Shown here: one piece after another, positions 8,616 through 16,353 of the stretch
How the letters are laid out: each line of letters opens with the position of its first letter
Numbering within the stretch: the stretch's first letter is position 1
NCBI GenBank assembly: GCA_036564335.1
Contig: DATCPA010000090.1
Span: forward strand, 1-57,200
Origin: Gaiellaceae bacterium
Lineage (GTDB): Bacteria > Actinomycetota > Thermoleophilia > Gaiellales > Gaiellaceae
DNA: 57,200 nucleotides
Direction of reading: 5' to 3'
Notes under the pieces: model-generated
Database searches by the model: none
Seen by the model: only the letters and a program-made list of their open reading frames with translations
Told to the model about the DNA's origin: nothing
Made by a program: the position numbers and the translations under genes

Positions 8616-9488
8616 ATGCAGGTCGGCGTCGTCTTCCCGCAGACCGAGATCGGAGCGGATCCGGCCGGCCTCCGCGCCTTCGCGCAGGCCGTGGAGGAGC
8701 TCGGCTACCAGCATCTGCTCGCCTACGACCACGTGCTCGGCGCCGACGTCAGCGCCCGCCCGGATTGGTCCGGGCCGTACACGGCCGAACACCAGTTCCA
8801 CGAGATCTTCGTTCTCTTCGGCTATCTGGCCAACGTGGCGCCGGGGCTCGAGCTCGTCGCGGGCGTGCTCGTGCTGCCGCAGCGCCAAACCGCGCTCGTC
8901 GCGAAGCAGGCGGCCGAGATCGACATCCTCACGGGCGGCCGCTTCCGGCTCGGCGTCGGCCTGGGCTGGAACTTCGTGGAGTTCGAATCGCTCGGCCAGG
9001 AGTTCCGGAACCGTGGGCGCCGCGTCGAGGAGCAGATCGAGGTGCTGCGGCGGCTGTGGACGGAGCCCGTCGTCACCTTCGACGGCGAGTACCACCGGAT
9101 TCCGGCTGCCGGGATCAACCCGTTGCCCGTCCAGCGGCCGATCCCGGTCTGGATCGGCGGCTCGGCGGAGGCGGCGATCCGGCGCGCGGCACGGCTCGCG
9201 GACGGCTTCTTCCCGCAGCGGCCGCTCGAGGGCGGCTGGCCCGAGACGATGGAGCGGTTCCGCGGCTGGGTCGAGGAGGCGGGCCGACATCCGGCCTCGA
9301 TCGGGATCGAGTGGCGCGTGAGCATTGCGGAGGGCGGGCCCGATGACTGGCGCCGCGAGGCGGAGGAGTGGCGCGCGCTCGGAGCGACCCACCTCTCGGT
9401 GTCGACCATGCGGGCCGGGCTGGCCGGCCCCGACGCGCACATCGAGCGCATCCGGCAGGCGGCGGAGGCGCTCCTCAGCCTCGGCTGA
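8616..9488 (+). CDS. LLM-class F420-dependent (luciferase-like) oxidoreductase
   Basis: Lies in ORF 8466..9488. MQVGVVFPQTEIG..., LVLPQRQTALVAKQAAEIDILTGGRFRLGVGLGW and the C-terminal part resemble the luciferase-like monooxygenase / F420-dependent family. The alternative in-frame ATG at 8577 cannot be excluded. Confidence 0.8.
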   Translation: MQVGVVFPQTEIGADPAGLRAFAQAVEELGYQHLLAYDHVLGADVSARPDWSGPYTAEHQFHEIFVLFGYLANVAPGLELVAGVLVLPQRQTALVAKQAAEIDILTGGRFRLGVGLGWNFVEFESLGQEFRNRGRRVEEQIEVLRRLWTEPVVTFDGEYHRIPAAGINPLPVQRPIPVWIGGSAEAAIRRAARLADGFFPQRPLEGGWPETMERFRGWVEEAGRHPASIGIEWRVSIAEGGPDDWRREAEEWRALGATHLSVSTMRAGLAGPDAHIERIRQAAEALLSLG

Positions 9489-9544
9489 ACTTGCCCGCAG
9501 CGCGGACGGGCATAGCCCGCCCGCGCGCGAATTCCCGCAGGCGG

Positions 9545-10036
9545 CTAGCCGCCTCCGGTGGGCCAGGCCGCGGCTAGCTTGGCCCGCGTCTCGAGCAGGT
9601 GCTCGGGCAGCACCTTCACGTCCGCGAGCACAGGCATGAAGTTCGTGTCGCCCGCCCAGCGGGGGACGACGTGCTCGTGGACGTGGTCGATGACGCCGGC
9701 GCCGGCGATTCGCCCCAGATTCCAGCCGAGGTTGTAGCCCTGCGGCTCGAAGGTCTCGGCGAGCGCCGCCATGCCGCTCCCGGCCAGCCGGTGCAGCTCG
9801 AGCACCTCCTCGTCCGAGAGGTCGCCGAAGTCGGCGACGTGGCGGAAAGGCGCGACCATCAGATGACCGGACGCGTACGGGAACTTGTTCAGCAGCGCGA
9901 ACGCGTGCTCCCCACGGTGGACGACGAGCATCTCCTCGTCCACGCCGGCGGCGGCGAGGCAGAAGATGCAACCCTCGAGCTCGTCCGCCTGCTGGATGTA
10001 CTCGAGGCGCCAGGGCGCCCATAGAGGCTTCGTCAT
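9545..10036 (-). CDS. HIT family protein (histidine triad nucleotide hydrolase/transferase)
   Basis: 163 aa with the histidine triad HVHEHVVP and an N-terminal PWRLEYI motif. Confidence 0.88.
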   Translation of the reverse strand: MTKPLWAPWRLEYIQQADELEGCIFCLAAAGVDEEMLVVHRGEHAFALLNKFPYASGHLMVAPFRHVADFGDLSDEEVLELHRLAGSGMAALAETFEPQGYNLGWNLGRIAGAGVIDHVHEHVVPRWAGDTNFMPVLADVKVLPEHLLETRAKLAAAWPTGGG

Positions 10037-10090
10037 GGGTCGCTTCTACCAGACCGTATGGGTGCGAGTCAGCGACTTGCCCACTGCGCC

Positions 10091-10188
10091 GCCGCGACCG
10101 GCATGACGGGCGCGGCCCACGACCGCGCGCCGTGAGCACGCTTCAAACCCTGGGAGGGGGGATCATGGGGGAACCGGCTGTTCCCCCC
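10091..10188. repeat. intergenic modular hairpin repeat, copy C (inverted relative to copy B)
   Basis: Hairpin 2 is GCCGCGACCG-gcatga-CGGGCGCGGC (10091-10116). CAAACCCTGGGAGGGGGG is the reverse complement of the copy B spacer motif. Hairpin 1 is TGGGGGAAC-cggct-GTTCCCCCCA (10166-10188). Confidence 0.75.
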
Positions 10189-10191
10189 AAG

Positions 10192-11175
10192 CTAAAGCCA
10201 GCGCTTGTACCGGAAGAAGCTGACCAGGCCGATGGCGATCGCGATCATCGCTCCCACGATCCCCCAGAACGCGCCGGCACTGCCGAAGCCGGGGAAGTCC
10301 ACGTTCATGCCGAAGATGCCGGAGAGGAGCGTCAGCGGTAGCAGCACGACGCTGAAGACGGTCAGGATCCGCAGCACGTCGTTCTGCCGGTGCGAGATCA
10401 CCGACTCGTTCGTCTGCTCGAGGCCCTCGACCACTTCCTTGTAGTTGTCAAGCAGGTCCCAGATCCGCTCGGCGGCGTCGACGATGTCGTCAAAATAGAG
10501 GTCGAGATCCTCCGGCAGGTAACGCGGCACGTGCCGCTCGAGCAGGCGGAGCGTCGAGCGCTCGGGCTTGATGATCTTGCGGTAGGAGATGATCTCCTGC
10601 TTGACGTTCGAGAGGTCGCGGACGACGTCTTCCGCGCGGCCCTCGAACATCTCGTCCTCGATCGAGTCGAGCTTGTGCCCGATCTTGTCGAGGATCGGGA
10701 AGCAGTAGTCGAAGAGGTCGTCCAGAGCGTGGTAGAGCAGGTAGCCCGAGCCCTTCGAGAACAGGGTCTCGCGCAACTCCTCGTCCTCCTGGCAGCGGAG
10801 GAAGAGTCGCGTCACCGGTAGCAACTCGACGTTCGGCAGCGTGATCAGGAAGTTGGGGCCGAGGAAGAGGTCGAGCTCGGCCGCGTTCAGCCGCTGCACC
10901 GCCTTGTCGTAGGCCGGGAAGTGGAGGACGGCGAAGAGGTACTCGGGGTATTCGTCCACCTTCGGCCGCTGGCGCTTCGAGAGCACGTCCTCGAGGTCGA
11001 GGGGATGCCAGCCGAAGCGCTCGGCGAGCCGCGCTGCCTCGTCGGCAGTCGGCGCGTCGAGGTGGACCCAGGTCAGGCCGTGAGCGGTGAGCTCAGCGAG
11101 CCGCGGCTCGCGCGGGGCGACGACCTCGGCAACGGCGCGCGGGCCCGTTCGCTTGATGCGAGGCAGGCTGGGCAT
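10192..11175 (-). CDS. corA: magnesium/cobalt transporter CorA
   Basis: 327 aa with a GMN signature (GIFGMNVDFPG) before the last TM helix and the typical cytoplasmic N-terminal domain. Confidence 0.92.
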   Translation of the reverse strand: MPSLPRIKRTGPRAVAEVVAPREPRLAELTAHGLTWVHLDAPTADEAARLAERFGWHPLDLEDVLSKRQRPKVDEYPEYLFAVLHFPAYDKAVQRLNAAELDLFLGPNFLITLPNVELLPVTRLFLRCQEDEELRETLFSKGSGYLLYHALDDLFDYCFPILDKIGHKLDSIEDEMFEGRAEDVVRDLSNVKQEIISYRKIIKPERSTLRLLERHVPRYLPEDLDLYFDDIVDAAERIWDLLDNYKEVVEGLEQTNESVISHRQNDVLRILTVFSVVLLPLTLLSGIFGMNVDFPGFGSAGAFWGIVGAMIAIAIGLVSFFRYKRWL

Positions 11176-11254
11176 TCGTACTGAGGGGCTCGTCCGTCCG
11201 CATGACTATCCCATTCTACTTCCCGGGGCGGCCGCCGTTCAGCACGGCTCGGAT

Positions 11255-11327
11255 TGCGCCTGGCAGGAATCGAACCTGCGACCTCGCGCTCCGGAGGCGC
11301 GCGCTCTATCCCCTGAGCTACAGGCGC
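11255..11327 (-). tRNA. tRNA-Arg (anticodon CCG)
   Basis: Reverse complement folds as GCGCCTG-TA-GCTC-AGGGGATA-GAGC-G-CGCGC-CTCCGGA-GCGCG-AGGTC-GCAGG-TTCGATT-CCTGC-CAGGCGC-A, 73 nt. Confidence 0.92.
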
Positions 11328-11349
11328 TTGCGGGCCGTAGTGTATCCGC

Positions 11350-12369
11350 GTGGAGTTGAGCGCCCGGATCGTCTCCCTGGAGCTGGCCGAGCCGTTGACG
11401 ATTTCGCGTGGATCGCAGGACACGGCCGAGTTGGTCGAGGTCGAGATCCGGCACGAGGGGGTCTCGGGCTACGGCGAGGCGGCGCCGATCGACCGTTACG
11501 ACGAGTCGCCGGAGTCCGCGCTCGCATACGCAGAAAGCATCTCAGGCGACCTCGGAGACGACCCGTTCGCACTCGAGGAAGTGATGCAGCGGCTGCCGGC
11601 GGAGCAGTTCGCCGCGCGGGCCGCGGTGGACGCAGCGCTGCACGATCTGTGCGGCAAGCTGATCGGGGAGCCCGTCTGGCGGCTGCTCGGGCTCGAGCGC
11701 CTCGGGCCACCGACCTCATGGACGATCGGGCTCGCCGATCCGGACGAGATGGCTCGCAAGGCAGCGAGGGCCGAGGAGAGCGGCCGGTTCCGCCGGCTGA
11801 AGCTGAAGATCGGCGGCCGCGACGGCCTCGACGTCGAGCGCGTGCGCGCCGTGCGCAGCGTCACCACCGTGCCGCTGCAGGTGGACGTGAACGAGTTCTG
11901 GACGCTCGAGCAGGCGCTCGAGGCGCTGCCGCAGCTGAAGGAGATCGGCGTCGTGTACTGCGAGCAGCCGCTGGCCGCCGGCGATCCGGCCGGTGCCGAG
12001 CTGAAGAAGAGCTCGCCCCTGCCGATCTACGTGGACGAGGACTGCCACACGCTCGGCGACGTTGCCGGCTGCGGCGCGATCGCGCACGGGATCAACATCA
12101 AGCTCGACAAGTCGGGCGGGATCCGCGAGGCGGTGCGCATGGCGCACGCCGCGCGCGCGCTCGGCCTAGGCGTCATGCTCGGCTGCATGGTGGAGTCGGG
12201 CCTCGGCATCGCCGCCGGCACGGCGATCGCGAGCCTGTGCGACCACGTCGACCTGGACGGCAACCTGCTGCTCGCGAGCGACCCATGGCCGGGCGTCGAG
12301 CTCGTCGACGGTATCCAGACCCCCTCGGAGGAGCCAGGTCTCGGTGTCAGGCACCTCTCGGGCTCCTGA
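11350..12369 (+). CDS. enolase-superfamily dipeptide epimerase-like protein (L-Ala-D/L-Glu epimerase family)
   Basis: 339 aa. The N-terminal capping domain (LAEPLTISRGSQDTAELVEVEI..GVSGYGEAAP) and the barrel with KLKIG, VDVNE and YVDED metal-ligand contexts are typical of the muconate-lactonizing/dipeptide epimerase subgroup. Confidence 0.85.
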   Translation: MELSARIVSLELAEPLTISRGSQDTAELVEVEIRHEGVSGYGEAAPIDRYDESPESALAYAESISGDLGDDPFALEEVMQRLPAEQFAARAAVDAALHDLCGKLIGEPVWRLLGLERLGPPTSWTIGLADPDEMARKAARAEESGRFRRLKLKIGGRDGLDVERVRAVRSVTTVPLQVDVNEFWTLEQALEALPQLKEIGVVYCEQPLAAGDPAGAELKKSSPLPIYVDEDCHTLGDVAGCGAIAHGINIKLDKSGGIREAVRMAHAARALGLGVMLGCMVESGLGIAAGTAIASLCDHVDLDGNLLLASDPWPGVELVDGIQTPSEEPGLGVRHLSGS

Positions 12370-13450
12370 GGCGCCGGGCGGCGGCGGAGCCGGGCTTCGC
12401 CCGGCGGGAGCCGGCGCCGCTCAGGGGCACGAGAAGCGGTATCTGATCCTCGCTGAGGGCCGCTCGGGCGATCCGCACTACGGCAAGACGATGCGCGGTG
12501 TCGCCCGGTACGGCGCGGAGCCGGTCGTGGCCATCCTCGACTCCGAGCGAGCGGGGGAGACCCACGAGGGAATTCCGATCGTCGGCACGGTCAACGAGGC
12601 GCTCTGCTTCAAGCCGACGACGGCCCTCGTCGGCGTCGTCACCCCGGGCGGCCGCTTCCCGCCCGCCTGGCGTGAGCTCCTGAAGAGCTCGATCGCCAAG
12701 GGACTCGACCTCGAGAACGGGCTCCACGAGTACGTGACCGATGACTCCGAGCTGGTCGAGCTCGCCCGGCGCTACAAGGTCGAGCTGCGTGACCTCCGCA
12801 TGCCTCCAGAAGGACTGAACGTCCCAACGGGGCGCAACCTCGAGGTCGACGCGAAGATCGTTCTCACCGTAGGCTCGGACTGCGCGATCGGGAAGATGAC
12901 CGTTTCGCTGGAGCTCGACCGCGAGGCCCAGCGCCGCGGCCTCAGGTCGGTCTTCGTCCCGACCGGTCAGACCGGGATCGCGATCGCCGGGTGGGGGATC
13001 TCCGTGGACGCCGTCGTTTCCGATTTCGTCGCCGGCGCGGCCGAGCGTTTGGTCGTCGAGGGCGCAGCCCGCGGCGGCGAGCTCCTCTGGGTGGAGGGGC
13101 AGGGCGCGCTGCTGCACCCTGCGTACTCGGGGGTCACGCTCGGCCTGATCCACGGCGCCGCACCGCACGCGTTCGTCCTCTGCCACCACGCGGGCACGAC
13201 CGAGATCGAGGGCTACCCCGGGCACCCGCAGGCGCCGTTGCCGGAGCTCGTCGCGCTGCACGAGGCGATCTCGCTGCCGATCCGCAAGGCACCCGTCGCG
13301 GCGATCGCGCTCAACACGCGTGGGCTGGAGGAGGACGAGGCGCGCGCCGCCGTCGAGGAGGTGGGCGGAGAAACGGGCCTGCCGACGGACGATCCGGTCC
13401 GCTTCGGGCCGGGGAAGCTGCTCGACGCTGTGGTGGCCCGACTGCCTTAG
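12344..13450 (+). CDS. DUF1611 domain-containing protein (possible DgcN-like N-acetyltransferase)
   Basis: 368 aa. RYLILAEGRSGDPHYGKTMRGVARYG..VVAILDSE and the P-loop-like C-terminal half match DUF1611. The GTG 12344 start overlaps the upstream epimerase by 26 nt, so the start is uncertain. Confidence 0.8.
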   Translation: MSGTSRAPEAPGGGGAGLRPAGAGAAQGHEKRYLILAEGRSGDPHYGKTMRGVARYGAEPVVAILDSERAGETHEGIPIVGTVNEALCFKPTTALVGVVTPGGRFPPAWRELLKSSIAKGLDLENGLHEYVTDDSELVELARRYKVELRDLRMPPEGLNVPTGRNLEVDAKIVLTVGSDCAIGKMTVSLELDREAQRRGLRSVFVPTGQTGIAIAGWGISVDAVVSDFVAGAAERLVVEGAARGGELLWVEGQGALLHPAYSGVTLGLIHGAAPHAFVLCHHAGTTEIEGYPGHPQAPLPELVALHEAISLPIRKAPVAAIALNTRGLEEDEARAAVEEVGGETGLPTDDPVRFGPGKLLDAVVARLP

Positions 13451-13618
13451 GGGGTTCGTGCAGGCTACGGCGCGAGGACGAAGAGGAGGGAGGGGGGTCT
13501 ACCCTGGGATCCCTCGACTCCGACTCGCGCCGCAGACTAGAGATCATCCTCGCTTTCGGTCAGAAAGCAAGAGGTTTCGTGCGTTTCTCTACAGACAAGG
13601 ACTCAGTTTTCCCGGCCC

Positions 13619-13647
13619 TTGACACGAACACATGTTCGTCGTACTAT
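13619..13647 (+). promoter_or_regulatory. sigma-70/SigA-type promoter: TTGACA, 17-nt spacer, TACTAT
   Basis: The -35 TTGACA is at 13619-13624 and the -10 TACTAT at 13642-13647, with an exact 17-nt spacer. The ATG of the downstream gene lies 10 nt after the -10 with no SD, which implies a leaderless or near-leaderless mRNA. Confidence 0.65.
13625..13638. promoter_or_regulatory. LexA (SOS / Cheo-type) box 1, CGAACACATGTTCG
   Basis: Perfect CGAAC-N4-GTTCG core that fills the -35/-10 spacer. Confidence 0.65.
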
Positions 13648-13649
13648 GG

Positions 13650-13663
13650 CGAACACATGTTCG
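13650..13663. promoter_or_regulatory. LexA (SOS / Cheo-type) box 2, CGAACACATGTTCG
   Basis: Identical 14-mer located 25 nt downstream of box 1. It covers the predicted transcription start and the ATG at 13657. Confidence 0.65.
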
Positions 13664-13896
13664 CTCGCATCGTTGTGATCCTGGCTCTGGTCGTTGTCGC
13701 GGTGGCGTGGGGCGCGCGACGGTCCGACGGCGCGGGTGGCGAGCAGGCGTACGTCGTTCGGACCGGGGACACGCTCTGGACGATCGCCGCCTCGCACTAC
13801 GGGGGCGACACCCGAGAGGGCGTCTGGCGCCTCCAGGACCGCAACCACCTCGCCGGCACGCTCGTGCAGCCCGGCGAGCGGCTGATCCTGCCGTAG
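13657..13896 (+). CDS. small membrane-anchored LysM domain protein (YneA/ChiZ-like architecture)
   Basis: 79 aa in the frame of ORF 12991..13896. The sequence MFARIVVILALVVVAVAWG gives an N-terminal TM helix, and YVVRTGDTLWTIAASHYGGDT...LVQPGERLILP is a LysM domain. Confidence 0.75.
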   Translation: MFARIVVILALVVVAVAWGARRSDGAGGEQAYVVRTGDTLWTIAASHYGGDTREGVWRLQDRNHLAGTLVQPGERLILP

Positions 13897-13939
13897 CGCC
13901 CTAGACTTGCCGGGAGACCGGCAATGCCTCCTTAGAACC

Positions 13940-14947
13940 ATGGACCTCGACATCGTCTTCCTCGGCACGTCCGGCTCGATGCCGACGGCCGACCGTGCGC
14001 CCACCGCGCTGCTCGTCCGCCGTGGCGGCGAGCGCCTGCTCTTCGACTGCGCCGAGGGCACCCAGCGCCAGATGCTCCGGTCGTCAGTGGGCCTGCTCGA
14101 CCTGCAGGAGATCTTCCTGACCCACTACCACGCCGACCACTATCTCGGGCTGCCCGGGATGCTGAAGACCTTCTCCCTCCGCGGGCGCGAGGCTTCGATG
14201 AGGATCTACGGCCCGCCCGGGCTCAGCGACCTGTTCGGCTCGCTGCGCCGGATCTTCGGCAAGCTCACGTACCCGTATGAGCTGGTCGAGCTCCGGCCCG
14301 GCGATACGCTCGACCGCGTCGACTACCGGCTCGAGACGTTTGCGGTTGCGCACGGCGTCTCGTCGGTCGGTTACGGGCTCGTCGAAGCTGAGCGGCCGGG
14401 CCGCTTCGACGTGGAGACGGCCGACTCGCTCGGCGTTCCTCCGGGCCCCGAGCGCGGGGCGCTCCAGCGCGGCGAGCCGGTGACGCTCTCGGACGGACGC
14501 GTCGTCACGCCTGACCAGGTGCTCGGTGCGCCCCGGCCCGGGCGGACGCTCGTGATCGCGGGCGACACCTCGCCCTCGGAGACCGTGCTCGAGGCCGCGC
14601 GTGGCGCGGACGTGCTCGTTCATGAAGCGACCTTCCTCGAGGACGAAAAAGAGCGCGCGCGGGAGACAGCCCACTCGACCGCGCTCGAGGCGGCGGAGCT
14701 CGCACGCGACGCAGGCGTCTCGATGCTGGCGCTCACGCATCTCTCCAACCGCTATTTCGGGCCGGAGGCGGCACGGGAGGCGCGGGCCGTCTTCCCCGAG
14801 ACGGTCGTTCCCAGGGACTTCGATATCATCGACGCTCGCTTCCAGGAGCGGGGCGGGCCGCAGCTGATCAAGGGTGGCGCGCTTCCGCGCCGAGGAGATC
14901 CCGAACCAGCCGAGAGCCCAGCGCCCGTGGAGGAGCCCGCCCGATGA
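13940..14947 (+). CDS. rnz: ribonuclease Z
   Basis: MDLDIVFLGTSGSMPT.., the HYHADH metallo-beta-lactamase motif and a LTHLS C-terminal motif. The start is the in-frame ATG 13940 within ORF 13907..14947. Confidence 0.9.
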   Translation: MDLDIVFLGTSGSMPTADRAPTALLVRRGGERLLFDCAEGTQRQMLRSSVGLLDLQEIFLTHYHADHYLGLPGMLKTFSLRGREASMRIYGPPGLSDLFGSLRRIFGKLTYPYELVELRPGDTLDRVDYRLETFAVAHGVSSVGYGLVEAERPGRFDVETADSLGVPPGPERGALQRGEPVTLSDGRVVTPDQVLGAPRPGRTLVIAGDTSPSETVLEAARGADVLVHEATFLEDEKERARETAHSTALEAAELARDAGVSMLALTHLSNRYFGPEAAREARAVFPETVVPRDFDIIDARFQERGGPQLIKGGALPRRGDPEPAESPAPVEEPAR

Positions 14948-15177
14948 CCAGAATGGTGCAGGTCGCGCTCGCCGAGGATGTGACCGAGGCCGAGGAGTTG
15001 CAGGCCATCCTCGAGGCGGCCGGCATCGAATCGGAGCTGGAGACGGCGGTCGAGCACCACCCTCGCGCCACGGAGGACGCGCCGCAGAAGGTGCTGGTGC
15101 CCGAGGCGTCGCTCGAGGCGGCGCAGCACGCCATCGAGGCGATGACCGACTCTGATGAGCTCGTTTCCGACGCCTGA
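14944..15177 (+). CDS. small acidic DUF2007-like protein (putative signal-transducing protein fold)
   Basis: 77 aa with an ATGA overlap to the rnz stop. MVQVALAEDVTEAEELQAILEAAGIESELE resembles DUF2007. Third-position GC is high. Confidence 0.6.
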   Translation: MTRMVQVALAEDVTEAEELQAILEAAGIESELETAVEHHPRATEDAPQKVLVPEASLEAAQHAIEAMTDSDELVSDA

Positions 15178-15892
15178 TTTCGGCGTCGTCGCAGAGGTCT
15201 ATGACGAGGTCCGGCCGGCCGACGGGCACTGGCGGGAGGTATTCGAGCTGCTCGTCGTAGAGGCCGGGCTGACCCAGGGGCGTGTGCTCGACGTCGGTTG
15301 TGGGACGGGCCGGCTCGTGGGCGCGCTCGCCGAGCGAGGAGTCGACGCTGCCGGCGTGGATGTCTCGCCCGAGATGCTCGCCGTCGCGCGTCGCAAGCTT
15401 CCACGTAGCACGTTCGCCGAGGCGCGGGCCGAGCAGCTTCCCTTCCCCGAGGCTGCGTTCGACCGCGTCGTGTTCAGCCTCGTCGTCCACCTGATCGACC
15501 GGCCGGAAGCGTTTGCCGAGGCCTACCGGGCTCTCGCCCCGGGCGGGACCGTCGCGATCCTCACCTTCGACCGCCCCCACTTCGCCGCTTACTACCTCCA
15601 GGAGTACTTCCCCTCGATCCAGGCGATCGACGAGCAGCGCTTCCCCGACGAGGAGACGCTGTGCCGCGAGCTCGCGGCCGCCGGGTTCGGGCGCACGGGC
15701 GTCGTGCCCCTGCAGCAAGAGGCGACCCTCGATCGCGCGTCGGTGCTGCGGCGCGTGAGGGCCCGCCACATCTCGACGCTCCAGCTCGTCGGAGAGGACG
15801 AGTACGCCGCCGGCCTCAGCCGGCTCGAAAGAGAGTTGCCCGACGTTGTCGCCTACACGACCCGGTTCCTGCTCGTCGTCTCCGAGCGATGA
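15155..15892 (+). CDS. class I SAM-dependent methyltransferase
   Basis: 245 aa with motif I VLDVGCGTGRL and a post-I acidic residue (GVDVSPEM). Confidence 0.88.
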   Translation: MSSFPTPDFGVVAEVYDEVRPADGHWREVFELLVVEAGLTQGRVLDVGCGTGRLVGALAERGVDAAGVDVSPEMLAVARRKLPRSTFAEARAEQLPFPEAAFDRVVFSLVVHLIDRPEAFAEAYRALAPGGTVAILTFDRPHFAAYYLQEYFPSIQAIDEQRFPDEETLCRELAAAGFGRTGVVPLQQEATLDRASVLRRVRARHISTLQLVGEDEYAAGLSRLERELPDVVAYTTRFLLVVSER

Positions 15893-16254
15893 GGTCGAAG
15901 AGCGCCGACCAGCGGCTGGGCGAAGCACGTGCCCGCCTCACCCGGCTGAAGGCTGCGGAGGCGCACTCGGCCTTCGAGGCCGGCGCGGTGCTCGTCGATA
16001 CGCGGTCGAGCGACGAGGCGCGGGAGCAAGGTGCGATCCCGGGCGCGCGTCGCCACGCGCTCTCGGTCGTCCTCTGGCGGCTCGACGAGCTTCCCCGCGA
16101 CACCCGGGTGATCCTGATCTGCCGTCACGGCTACTCGTCGAGCCTGGCCGCGGCCCAGCTGCAGGAGCTCGGGTTCCGCGACGCGACCGACGTGATCGAC
16201 GGCGTGGAGGGCTGGCTCGCGGCCGGACTACCGGTCGACCCCTGGCCAGGGTGA
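15889..16254 (+). CDS. rhodanese-like domain protein
   Basis: In-frame ATG 15889 within ORF 15661..16254, with an ATGA overlap to the methyltransferase stop. The active-site loop is ICRHGYSSS, preceded by VLVDTRSSDE. Confidence 0.8.
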   Translation: MRSKSADQRLGEARARLTRLKAAEAHSAFEAGAVLVDTRSSDEAREQGAIPGARRHALSVVLWRLDELPRDTRVILICRHGYSSSLAAAQLQELGFRDATDVIDGVEGWLAAGLPVDPWPG

Positions 16255-16316
16255 CCGAGCCTGCGCACGATCCGCACGACGTCCTCCGGACCGGATAGTC
16301 TGCGGGCCGCACCGTT

Positions 16317-16347
16317 CCTTTAACCCGGTCCAGTGAGGCCGGAAAGG
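16317..16347 (+). promoter_or_regulatory. PyrR-binding RNA stem-loop (pyr leader)
   Basis: The element reads CCUUU-AA-C-CCGG-UCCAGUGAGG-CCGG-AAAGG. The loop UCCAGUGAGG closely matches the conserved UCCAGAGAGG PyrR-binding motif, and the site lies directly upstream of pyrR. Confidence 0.75.
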
Positions 16348-16353
16348 AGTCAG

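Noticed and set aside
8124-8616. Genomic island or integrative element at tRNA-Gly, and likewise at tRNA-Arg 11255..11327
   Set aside because: There is no integrase, no partial tRNA 3'-end duplication (attR) visible in the window, and the flanking genes are ordinary metabolic genes with native-looking composition.
8394-10139. 581-aa minus-strand ORF. Similar long ORFs are 14084..15928 (-), 3865..5346 (-), 19073..20494 (-), 1932..3170 (-), 46110..47297 (-), 46907..48349 (-), 52109..53554 (-) and 31560..32819 (-).
   Set aside because: Each lies opposite or out of frame to a gene with strong family signatures (LLM oxidoreductase/HIT, rnz/methyltransferase, argS/glpX, carA, the K+ channel, dapB/dapA, LLM/ftsK, rimP/nusA). 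Their products are R/P/A/G-rich without recognisable domains.
8128-10188. CRISPR array, because of recurring palindromic repeats
   Set aside because: The copies are separated by genes and irregular distances (hundreds to thousands of nt), occur in both orientations, are about 100-nt composite units, and have no cas genes nearby. This is not CRISPR-like.
13451-13618. ORF-free, slightly AT-richer spacer upstream of the SOS promoter, considered as a possible sRNA or riboswitch
   Set aside because: I could find only weak, imperfect stems (for example GAGGGA...TCCCTC) and no motif I recognise. There is insufficient evidence without expression data or a covariance search.
12991-13656. The long 301-aa ORF 12991..13896 as a single gene ending in the LysM domain
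   Set aside because: The upstream 222 codons overlap the DUF1611 gene out of frame and are Arg/Gly-rich nonsense. A near-consensus promoter with LexA boxes sits immediately before ATG 13657. An in-frame GTG near 13587 remains a minor alternative.
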